From Flectonema sp. DT1601 (lineage: Eukaryota), in the NCBI GenBank assembly GCA_964019425.1, contig OZ025791.1:1178001-1242000 (forward strand): a DNA stretch of 64,000 nucleotides, in the 5' to 3' direction. Shown in pieces: positions 46,075-56,538 of the stretch (the first letter of the stretch is position 1; the number at the start of each line of letters is the position of its first letter). Under the pieces are notes generated by a model, which was given only the letters and a program-made list of their open reading frames with translations, was not told the DNA's origin and did no database searches. A program made the translations under genes and the position numbers.

Positions 46075-48768
46075 GGAGATTTGGGAGAGGAATAGGGGCA
46101 GTGAACTTTTGGTTCAGGCCCTTCCCATCGAACAGGACGAAGACTTCTAAAACCTGAGATGAACCAATTGAGTTGAAACAAACAAATAACAGAGACGCAA
46201 CACATACCGGAACATCATCGCAAGCAATGCTTCGGACCTCCGTCGACCTTCGTTCTTCCGGCGGCAAAGGGAAACAAGAAAGAACGGGCAATGAGACAAA
46301 CCTGTTAGTTGGTGTTGTGTTGTTGTTAAAAACAAAAACATAAACGCCAGGAAGTTCGACAACGAAGACATCGACATCGATCGCTGCTCTGCAGATGTCC
46401 GGCGGGTGTTTGTCTACACTGTGTTTATTGTTTGTTTTTTTCCCAAGGTTCAACCTTGGGAAGAGAAGTAAAAAATTCCGTCAATGTTGGCCTTCCTGTT
46501 CGAAGGTGCGCACCAATGACGATAAATAGAGTGGGGGGAGAAAACCTTTGATCCAACTGGATCCCTTCACGAGCTGACATTGCCATGTGAAGTTAAATAT
46601 TCTGGCGATGCCAGCTCAGGCGACTTAGCCTGCTTTTTTCTTTAAATAAAAAAAATAAAAAGATACCAACAGGTGGGGTGATGGGTTGCGCCACTGCAAT
46701 CCAGTCACAAAAAGAAACAAAGGTAATCTCAAGGGTTCTCGACCCTTGGCTCTCCCTGCGCAAGCATCGCATGGAGGGTGACGCTAAGCACCCGGGGGGT
46801 ACGAAACAAACTTTCCCCCTGCTGTCCTGTTTGAAATAAAAAAAAAAACAAAGGGATAGAAGTAAACAGAATACGTTACACCTCAACAGGTGACGCTAAA
46901 CACCCAGGGGATACAAACCAAACTTTCCCCCTGTTGCCCTGTTTGAAATAAATTAAAAAAAGAAAATACAAGAAAACAGAATACAATACTCAGCAATCAG
47001 ACTCGTTCACTCGCTTCGCCAGAGCCGTTCGAGCCGATGCTCATGTAAAGTTACCTGTTTTCTTTTAACAAATTAAATAAAATAAGATAAATAAAAATAA
47101 AGTAGCGCAACGGAGAGGAATACATAACACCCCGACTCTTGCGCTAGCATCGCAAGGGGGGTACCCGGGAGATACAAACCAAACTTTCTCTGGAGTACAA
47201 TACCAAACAATCAGTGCGTTCACTGGCCTTAGGGCTGTTCGGACTTATGCTTTGGACTGTTCCCTTGCAGAAAAAAAAAGTAAAATAAACCAACTTTGGG
47301 ACATTAGAAAAGCATAAAATAAAAGTTGCTACAACCAAAAGACAACTGCAAAAAAAAAAGGTTTTTGTAGGGGAGCTACAATGTAGCAATAATGTCACAC
47401 AGTCATGTGGCAAGCTGGATAGGAGATTTGGGAGAGGAATAGGGGCAGTGAACTTTTGGTTCAGGCCCTTCCCATCGAACAGGACGAAGACTTCTAAAAC
47501 CTGAGATGAACCAATTGAGTTGAAACAAACAAATAACAGAGACGCAACACATACCGGAACATCATCGCAAGCAATGCTTCGGACCTCCGTCGACCTTCGT
47601 TCTTCCGGCGGCAAAGGGAAACAAGAAAGAACGGGCAATGAGACAAACCTGTTAGTTGGTGTTGTGTTGTTGTTAAAAACAAAAACATAAACGCCAGGAA
47701 GTTCGACAACGAAGACATCGACATCGATCGCTGCTCTGCAGATGTCCGGCGGGTGTTTGTCTACACTGTGTTTATTGTTTGTTTTTTTCCCAAGGTTCAA
47801 CCTTGGGAAGAGAAGTAAAAAATTCCGTCAATGTTGGCCTTCCTGTTCGAAGGTGCGCACCAATGACGATAAATAGAGTGGGGGGAGAAAACCTTTGATC
47901 CAACTGGATCCCTTCACGAGCTGACATTGCCATGTGAAGTTAAATATTCTGGCGATGCCAGCTCAGGCGACTTAGCCTGCTTTTTTCTTTAAATAAAAAA
48001 AATAAAAAGATACCAACAGGTGGGGTGATGGGTTGCGCCACTGCAATCCAGTCACAAAAAGAAACAAAGGTAATCTCAAGGGTTCTCGACCCTTGGCTCT
48101 CCCTGCGCAAGCATCGCATGGAGGGTGACGCTAAGCACCCGGGGGGTACGAAACAAACTTTCCCCCTGCTGTCCTGTTTGAAATAAAAAAAAAAACAAAG
48201 GGATAGAAGTAAACAGAATACGTTACACCTCAACAGGTGACGCTAAACACCCAGGGGATACAAACCAAACTTTCCCCCTGTTGCCCTGTTTGAAATAAAT
48301 TAAAAAAAGAAAATACAAGAAAACAGAATACAATACTCAGCAATCAGACTCGTTCACTCGCTTCGCCAGAGCCGTTCGAGCCGATGCTCATGTAAAGTTA
48401 CCTGTTTTCTTTTAACAAATTAAATAAAATAAGATAAATAAAAATAAAGTAGCGCAACGGAGAGGAATACATAACACCCCGACTCTTGCGCTAGCATCGC
48501 AAGGGGGGTACCCGGGAGATACAAACCAAACTTTCTCTGGAGTACAATACCAAACAATCAGTGCGTTCACTGGCCTTAGGGCTGTTCGGACTTATGCTTT
48601 GGACTGTTCCCTTGCAGAAAAAAAAAGTAAAATAAACCAACTTTGGGACATTAGAAAAGCATAAAATAAAAGTTGCTACAACCAAAAGACAACTGCAAAA
48701 AAAAAAGGTTTTTGTAGGGGAGCTACAATGTAGCAATAATGTCACACAGTCATGTGGCAAGCTGGATA
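46075..48768. mobile_element. Head-to-tail dimer of a 1347-bp element inserted into the satellite, with GATA at all three junctions
   Basis: GATA at 46071-46074, 47418-47421 and 48765-48768; ORFs repeat at +1347; the satellite resumes exactly afterwards. Confidence 0.85.
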
Positions 48769-48931
48769 AAAAACAATGATAACATTGTTTAATCTTTTTT
48801 TTTTTTTTTTTTTTTTTTATTCTTTTTATTTATTTAGAAAAAACAATCAGTTTAGCGTCTTGACCAGGACGGAAAATAGAAATTAGTCGACAAAGTCGAT
48901 CGATAAAAAAACAATGATAACATTGTTTATT

Positions 48932-48965
<34 letters not shown>

Positions 48966-49470
48966 CTTTTTATTTATTTTTTAAGAAAAAAAACGGAAAA
49001 TAGAAATTAGTCGACAAAGTCGAACGATAAAAAAACTATGATAACATTGTTTATTCTTTTTTTTATTTTTTTTTTTTATATTCTTTTTTATTAATTTTGA
49101 AAAAAAAAAACAATCAGTTTAGCGTCTTGACCAGGACGGAAAATAGAAAGTAATCGACATAGTCGATCGATAAAAAAACAATGATAACATTGTTTATTCT
49201 TTTTTTTTTTTTTTTTTTTTTAAATTCATTTTATTTATTTTTTAAGAAAAAAAACGGAAAATAGAAATTAGTCGACAAAGTCGAACGATAAAAAAAACAA
49301 TGATAACATTGTTTATTCTTTTTTTTATTTTTTTTTTTTTTATATTCTTTTTTATTAATTTTGAAAAAAAAAAAACAATCAGTTTAGCGTCTTGACCAGG
49401 ACGGAAAATAGAAAGTAATCGACATAGTCGATCGATAAAAATACAATGATAACATTGTTTAATCTTTTAT
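48769..49470 (+). repeat. Triple-hairpin satellite, continuation
   Basis: Same unit as 41380-46074. Confidence 0.9.
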
Positions 49471-50760
49471 AATTTTTTATTTTTTTTTTGATTTAAAAAA
49501 AAAAAAAAAAAAACAAGCGGAATTGATCATAATGGGTGGTAGGGGTTGTTATAACTTCGTTTGAAAATTCTTCTTTTTTGATTTCTTTTTTTTTTTTCTT
49601 TTACAGGAGTTAAGATCACTGTCAGGAGACAGCACATTAACAAGAGCAGCAAGCAGAGTTGACACTATCAATTCAAATTTGAAATACCGGGAATTAATTT
49701 ACAAGGGGGTATCTCAAGTGACTTGGTATCTCTAGCGTGTCGGTATCTCTGGAGTGCTGGTATCTCGTATGTGCGTTGGTATCTCATGAGTGATGGTATC
49801 TCTTGTGCATTAAAGAAGCGAAAAAGAATGTCAATGACCATGACGGAAGAATTGAGGAATTGAGTTAACATGTTCAATTTAACTTATTTAAACCTTTTTT
49901 TTTTTTTAACAGACCGTAACTATTTGAAAATAAAATGTAGATGGGAAACAGTGAAAAGTAAAATGGATGATAAAATTAAATGAGAAATATGACATAACAG
50001 ACCAGATAGAGAGTATTAAAAGGAAATTGAAAAGGAAAAGAGAAACTAGGTTAACACTTATTTAAAATTAAGACCGGTTAGTCAGTTTAAGGTCTTGACT
50101 AGGACCAACAAAAAAGAAAGAAAAAAAATTAACGATCAAGCTGAGCTGATCTTGTTTTTATTACAAATAGGGGAGCGGGAGGGATGGAAGGAATAGAGGA
50201 AAAAAAAAGAAAAGGTTGATCATTTGGATCTGATCGTCGAGAAGAAGAAATTATTTTAAAGGTTGATCGACCATCTTCATCCATTTTGTATTGTTAAACT
50301 AATTAAGACAAAATTAAGAATTAAACTACTTAGAATAAGTGATTAAACATATGAAACTGACGTCGGGGTGATGTTACATCTTCAAGAGGTCGTTTAGACA
50401 AAACTTTGAAACGCACCGAGGCAAGAGCGGTGCAACAAGCCAAATAAACAAGCAAACAATTCGCGAACCTCAAGAAGAAACACCCAGGGTGGGTTGGGTG
50501 GGAAAAAGTTTAAAGTTTTAAGTAAATAAGCAAAATTTGCTAAGGAAAGGAATATAATGTTAAATGTTTAGCGAATAGATAAACAAACGGCTTCCAGAGC
50601 ACAGAGCAAATCATCGCAACAGAGCCGTTCAGTCCAAGCATTGCACAGAACCCGAAGTATTAAGTTCAGAGTGCATTTTAGTTAAGGGAGGGATATTTTT
50701 CTTTCCGTTCCGATAGGAGCGGGAAGAGAGAATGTAATAAAATATTTTCGACGTACCAGA

Positions 50761-50843
50761 GCAGGCATAGCCGAGTGGTTATGGTCGTCGACTATAAATC
50801 GCTTGGGTAGCCGTGGTCACGGGTTCAATTCTCGGTCACAGCA
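50761..50843 (+). pseudogene. tRNA-like remnant (Ser-like long variable arm) or SINE head
   Basis: A box TAGCCGAGTGG, anticodon-like arm GACTATAAATC, B box GGTTCAATTC, 3' TCACAGCA followed by TTTTTT. The acceptor stem pairs poorly. Confidence 0.55.
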
Positions 50844-51009
50844 GATTTTTTCGTGTTTTTCCTTCAGGAAACTGAAGGACTAAAAAGACACAGAAATGGA
50901 CTCAGTGATCATTCCCTGAGTAAACTGAGATAGTTTTTTTGTTCTTGCTCTTCAGGGAGGGCCTTAGCCAAAAGCTAACAGTCCAAATCTCACCTGGTAA
51001 CTTAACTCA

Positions 51010-51551
51010 AGCTGGCTTGAGGCGATCAGGGATTGATACTGATTGTGGAGAAGGCGGTACTGATGGTGTTATTAATAGTGTTGGTGCCGCTCTGGTACGT
51101 TTAAATGTACCTAAGCTGCCCAAAACAAAGCCAATTTGAAGGATAAGAATCTCTTGCTTCTCCAGCCAGATTCACTACTATCCGTCCAAATACCACCATG
51201 CCCACGTCGCATCAGGATAAAGGAATTCAAAATACACGTCTCCACTTCGGATCCTCATGCTCGGGAGCAGGTAATATCGCAGAGAAGTGTAAGTTCCTCA
51301 GTATTTCGGCAAAGCGATTACGTGAAAACACTTGCGGAAAGAACAACAGGGGGGTCAACAGCATGTCATTCAAACCCCAGGAATCCCCCAGGTTAGATTT
51401 TATTGGGAGGCGCGTCAGTAGTGTTGTGCCAACAAAGGCCCTTCGCTCCTGCGTACTGGTTTTAAATTTTCTTCCCCTCTGTGAGGCATAGACCTCAGAG
51501 TTTTTCTTCATCAGCTGGAAAACTGACTATCCGAAGAAAAACTCAAAAACC
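51010..51551 (-). mobile_element. piggyBac internal fragment, inverted; other half of 36425-36854
   Basis: Reverse complement of about 31700-32240; ORF 51227..51511 matches 31739..32023. Confidence 0.85.
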
Positions 51552-51778
51552 AGATAAGCCTTATATTTTGTTGATCGCAGCTAGTTTTACTGGCGCACAG
51601 GGAAATAGATAACATGACATAATAAATAACGGCTCTTAATCTGAATAGTTTCTTCTCCGACTTCGTCGGTGCAAAAACCATTCAGATAAGCCTTATATTT
51701 TGTTGATCGCAGCTCTAAAACCCATAGGGACCGCTTGCGGATAAAGGAAAGGAAAGAGAAAGAACAAACGGGGAATAT

Positions 51779-52042
51779 TCACCCAAAAAACTTACATTGA
51801 TGAGGTAAACTAGGCAAACAGATTCTACCACCCGGCGCTTTAGTGCCCCGCGTATATTCGTCTGCACGCTGGGACTTGGTATCCACCCAGCTGCAGTTCA
51901 CTTGCAGATCAGCTGCACCTGCTGTCTCAAACAATGCGCAGAGCATCTCGTTCCCCATGAAGTTTGAGCTGTGGCCTTTGTTTATTGCGGCCACAGCCGC
52001 AGTGTTATCTACCCGCAAATCCAGCACGTGACCTGGTCTCAA
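51779..52042 (-). pseudogene. DIRS/VIPER/TATE-type (tyrosine-recombinase retrotransposon) RNase H C-terminal fragment
   Basis: VDNTAAVAAINKGHSS...N......WVDT...RADEYTR matches the DIRS-like RNase H pattern; truncated at 52050. Confidence 0.75.
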
Positions 52043-52305
52043 AACATCTGAATTTCGATATAGTGGGAAGTAACGGACTGGGAGCTTTTGGCTCCTGCCC
52101 TATTCCCGATGTAAACTTTCTTTTTATTTTTTATTTTTTTTTAACAGGCCCAAAGGGCGACAATGATGGTTGCTGACCAAGGAATAATATTCAAATGAAT
52201 TTTCGTTTCAAAGAAACGAACAGAATTAAGAGAGAGGCAGAGAAAAAAAAAAAAAATGAAGAGGAAATAATCAAACATGAAAAAAAAAAAAAAATATATA
52301 TATAT

Positions 52306-53166
52306 CATAGATGGAAGTGCCCTACAATTTGGAGGGCGTGTAGGGCGCTTGTAGGGCGCTTTTAATATAAATATTATTTTGGAGGGCGCTTTTTTTTACC
52401 TTTTTTATTACTATAAGACAGCTAAATTGACGTCGACTTACACTGACGCACAAGTATTTTGACGCAGAAGCCAAAAAAAAATTTTGACATGCTTGGCAGT
52501 CTTTCGAAAAAGAGAAAAAAGGGTGTCACGGGGTTCGAACCCGAGACCTCCAGGTCATGGTTCGGAGGTCAACAATGGCAAAAACAATGGGCTACTCCTT
52601 GAGAGCTTCCGGAGCCTGCTACAATCCCTGAAGCTGAAACTCATTTCAGTGGACGATGCATCCCAGATCTACAAGGAGCTGATTAGCCCGCAGAATGCAC
52701 CGAGTCGAATATAGAGGGATTCGAGGAGGGAGAGTGCGTTCTTACTAACCTGTTAATAGGCCGGTCTTCACGGTACCTTGTGAGAAAAAAAAGAAGTTTA
52801 CTGGTGGCAAGTAAACTGATATCCCAGAGACGCATTTGATCGGGCGAACCGGAGAAAAGTCAAATAAGATGCGATTCGACCCTCGCTGAGGGCAGGGGTG
52901 TGTCAAAATGAGCTCGGCATTATATTAAATTTAATTAAAAAAGCGCCCTACGCGCCCTCCAGCGCCCTATTTTGAATTTCGATAAAGTGGGAAGTAACGG
53001 ACTGGGAGCTTTTGGCTCCTGCCCTATTCCCGATGTAAACTTTCTTTTTATTTTTATTTTTTTTAACAGGCCCAAAGGGCGACAATGATGGTTGCTGACC
53101 AAGGAATAATATTCAAATGAATTTTCGTTTCAAAGAAACGAACAGAATTAAGAGAGAGGCAGAGGA

Positions 53167-53199
<33 letters not shown>

Positions 53200-53325
53200 G
53201 AAAAAAAAAAATGAAGAGGAAATAATCAAACATGAAAAAAAAAAAAAAAAAAAAAATATATATCTATTTTCCGTCCTGATCGAGACGCTAAACTGATTGT
53301 TTCCTTTTTTTAAATAATAAATAAG

Positions 53326-53356
<31 letters not shown>

Positions 53357-53468
53357 ATCTCCCTGCTATCCCTCATATCCCCACAATAATATTATACCTT
53401 TTCATTTTCTCTTTCCTTTTCTGGTCTTTTTTTTTTCTTTTTTTTCCTTTTTCATACAACGTTTTTTA

Positions 53469-53506
<38 letters not shown>

Positions 53507-54748
53507 ATGTTTGATTATTTCCTCTTCATTTTTTTTTTTCTTTTCTTTTCTTTCTTTTTTTTTTTTTTTTCCTCTGCCTCTCTCTTAATTCTGTTCGTTT
53601 CTTTGAAACGAAAATTCATTTGAATATTATTCCTTGGTCAGCAACCATCATTGTCGCCCTTTGGGCCTGTTAAAAAAAATAAAAATAAAAAGAAAGTTTA
53701 CATCGGGAATAGGGCAGGAGCCAAAAGCTCCCAGTCCGTTACTTCCCACTTTATCGAAATTCATAAATAAAAAACGTTGTATGAAAAAGGAAAAAAAAGA
53801 AAAAAAAAAGACCAGAAAAGGAAAGAGAAAATGAAAAGGTATAATATTATTGTGGGGATATGAGGGATAGCAGGGAGATGCTCTTTTTTTTTTTTTTTTT
53901 TTTTTTTCTTATTTATTATTTAAAAAAAGGAAACAATCAGTTTAGCGTCTCGATCAGGACGGAAAATAGAAATTAATCGACATAGTTGATCGATAGAAAA
54001 AAAAACTCTGATAACATTGTTTATTCATTTTTTTTTTTTTTTTTTTTTTTAAATCTTTTTAATTATTTTAAAGAAAAAACAATCAGTTTAGCGTCTTGAC
54101 CAGGACGGAAAATAGTAAGTAATCGACATAGTCGATCGATTAAAAAAAAACAATGATAACATTGTTTATTCCTTTTTTTTTTTTTTTATTCTTTTTATTT
54201 ATTTTTAAAGAAAAAACAATCAGTTTAGCGTCCTGACCAGGACGGAAAATAGAAAGTAATCGACATAGTCGATCGATAAAAAAAACAATGATAACATTGT
54301 TTATTCTTTTTTTTTTTTTTTTATTTTAATTCTTTTTATTTATTTTTTAAAAAGAAAAAAAATGGAAAATAGAAATTAGTCAACAAAGTCGAACGATAAA
54401 AAAAAACAATGATAACATTGTTTATTCTTTTTTTTTTTATTTTTTTTATATTCTTTTTTATTAATTTTGAAAAAAAAAACAATCAGTTTAGCGTCTTGAC
54501 CAGGACGGAAAATAGAAAGTAATCGACATAGTCGATCGATAAAAAAACAATGATAACATTGTTTATTCTTTTTTTTTTTTTTATTTTAAATTCTTTTTAT
54601 TTATTTTTTAAAGAAAAAAAAACGGAAAATAGAAATTAGTCGACAAAGCCCTATTTTGGCCCTACAATGGCCCTATTTTGGCCCTACAAATTTTTGTGGC
54701 TGATTTTCACCAGGCGCCCTCCAAATTTGGAGGGCACTTCCATCTATG
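52306..54748. mobile_element. Non-autonomous TIR element (P- or hAT-like), TIR CATAGATGGAAGTGCCCT, 8-bp TSD ATATATAT, itself interrupted by GAATTTC-head copies at 52974-54647
   Basis: About 32-bp imperfect TIRs; ATATATAT at 52298-52305 and 54749-54756; the host head sequence resumes afterwards; many subterminal AGGGCG/GCCCT motifs. Confidence 0.8.
52974..54647 (+). repeat. GAATTTC-head plus satellite containing an inverted 500-bp head copy (53263-53762)
   Basis: Head at 52974; reverse-complement head ends at 53762; satellite runs 53930-54647. Confidence 0.85.
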
Positions 54749-54823
54749 ATATATATAAATAAAAAACGTTGTATGAAAAAGGAAAAAAAAGAAAACAAAA
54801 AGACCAGAAAAGGAAAGAGAAAA

Positions 54824-55655
54824 TGGGTTGAATTTCCAGGTGAGATTTGGACTGTTAGCTTTTGGCTAAGGCCCTCCCTGAAGAGCAAGAACAAAAAAAC
54901 TACTCACACCTGAAGAAAACATACACAAAGAACACACTGTAAGCTGTGCGTGTATTTTGTGTTTGTCACAACAGGAGAGAAAAGAAAGAATGTCAAGGTT
55001 GATCACCTTGCCTATCAACGCACAACATTGGTGGTCTCTACTAGACCCTGAGTGATCCCACTGGATCTCTCATCGTTCATAGTACCTATGTGAAGTTATA
55101 AAATCAAAGGTAAACTATGAACTACAAATGACTTAGCCTGTTATTATAATGCCACAGGCAGGCCCTGCATTCAGCAACTATCCAGCAGTGCTTGGATGTC
55201 CTGATCTTCTTCTAAAAAAAAGAAAGAAAAACAAAACTGTAGCTGGGATCACTCAGGATCAACAGACTACCAATGCTACCTGTTGTACTTGCTCACTATG
55301 GGGGGTGATGCCAAACACCCAGAAGTACTAAACTGCTTTCCTTCTTGCTGCCCAGGAGTATCTGACCAGAACTAATAGAAAATAAAAAGTAGATGGGAAA
55401 CAATAAAAAGTAAAATGGATATAACTGAAGTTAAACAAGACAAATGAAGTAACAGACCAGAACAGAAAGAGAATTGTAATAGAAGATTACAAATAAAAAA
55501 ATGCAAGTATCAACACATAATCAAGATACACCAGCAGCTAACAAACAACATAAAATTGAAGATCAGTTGCCAGAGTATTTCAACCATGGTAGAATACTCG
55601 CCCCTCTGGCAGGGATTATCCCAGACTTGTCCTTTAATTTAGTTGGACACCATGG
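54824..55655 (-). mobile_element. 1371-bp family partial copy
   Basis: Runs from TGGGTTGAATTTCCAGG to GGACACCATGG, the same two breakpoints as 27341-28340. Confidence 0.85.
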
Positions 55656-55731
55656 AAAAGGTATAATATTATTGTGGGGATATGAGGGATAGCAGGGAGA
55701 TGCTCTTTTTTTTTTTTTTTTTTTTTTCTTA

Positions 55732-56159
55732 CTGTAAAGTGAAATATTCTCGCGGGGAAATATTCTTGCGGGGAAATATTCCCGCGGAGAAATATTCTCG
55801 CGGATTTGGGGATTTTTTTTCAAACTCCGCGGGTTTTTCCCCACAAGAATACTTTCCTGCCACAGAGGATTTTTGCAAAAGTGACCAAGAATGTGAGGAA
55901 TCATCAAGTGCAAGCTGGAAAAAAGAATTATTTACCAGCTAACACAACTAAAAACAACCATGCTGCATAATGAAAATAATTTTTGCTGTAACCTTCCTTT
56001 GTAACACATGTATTTTCTTCACAAAAAGGAACTAAAAAAATGGCTGTATAAAAATGTATGCTGTCAGGGAAATACTCTCGCGGGGAAAAATTCTCGCGGA
56101 TCCAGAAAAAATAAAAAAAACTCGCGGGTTTTTCCCCACAAGAATATTTCCCTTTACAG
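55732..56159. mobile_element. 428-bp MITE with TA TSD (Tc1/mariner/pogo-like)
   Basis: TIR CTGTAAAG[T/G]GAAATATTCT; TA on both sides; the empty site TTCTTATTTATT is seen in other head copies. Confidence 0.85.
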
Positions 56160-56161
56160 TA

Positions 56162-56272
56162 TTTATTATTTAAAAAAAGGAAACAATCAGTTTAGCGTCT
56201 CGATCAGGACGGAAAATAGAAAGTAATCGACATAGTTGATCGATAGAAAAAAAACAATGATAACATTGTTTA

Positions 56273-56303
<31 letters not shown>

Positions 56304-56538
56304 TTTATTTTTTGAAGAAAAAACAATCAGTTTAGCGTCTTGACCAGGACGGAAAATAGTAAGTAATCGACATAGTCGATCGATAAAAAAAAACAATGAT
56401 AACATTGTTTATTCTTTTTTTTTTTTTTTTATTCTTTTAGAAAAAATATTAAAGAAAAAACAATCAGTTTAGCGTCTTGACCAGGACGGAAAATAGAAAG
56501 TAATCGACATAGTCGATCGATAAAAAAAACAATGATAA
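56162..56538 (+). repeat. Triple-hairpin satellite, three units
   Basis: Same unit as above. Confidence 0.85.

Larger units (their letters stand above)
36855..51009 (+). mobile_element. Full-length 1371-bp-family element split into 36855-37463, 40199-40923 and 50931-51009 by two nested insertions; 17-bp terminal direct repeat CCTGGTAACTTAACTCA
   Basis: The pieces rejoin exactly to the array sequence (GGGGCGAG|TATTCTACC and GTGTGAG|TAGTTTTTT). The flanks rejoin to the piggyBac sequence seen intact at about 32230-32255. Confidence 0.8.

Noticed and set aside
46075..47421. Canonical Helitron (3' hairpin plus CTRR)
   Set aside because: A hairpin and CTGG are present, but there is no 5' TC and no A^T target; the junctions are better described by the shared GATA.
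47144..47800. 218-aa and 145-aa ORFs in the 1347-bp repeat
   Set aside because: They span the dimer or satellite junctions and have F/L/V-rich antisense-type composition.
50761..50843. Functional tRNA with ATA anticodon
   Set aside because: The acceptor and T stems do not pair properly; kept only as a tRNA-like remnant.
52522..52560. tRNA gene on the minus strand (GGTTCGAACC T-arm)
   Set aside because: Only a T-arm/B-box is recognisable, with no D arm or acceptor pairing; it lies inside a TIR element.
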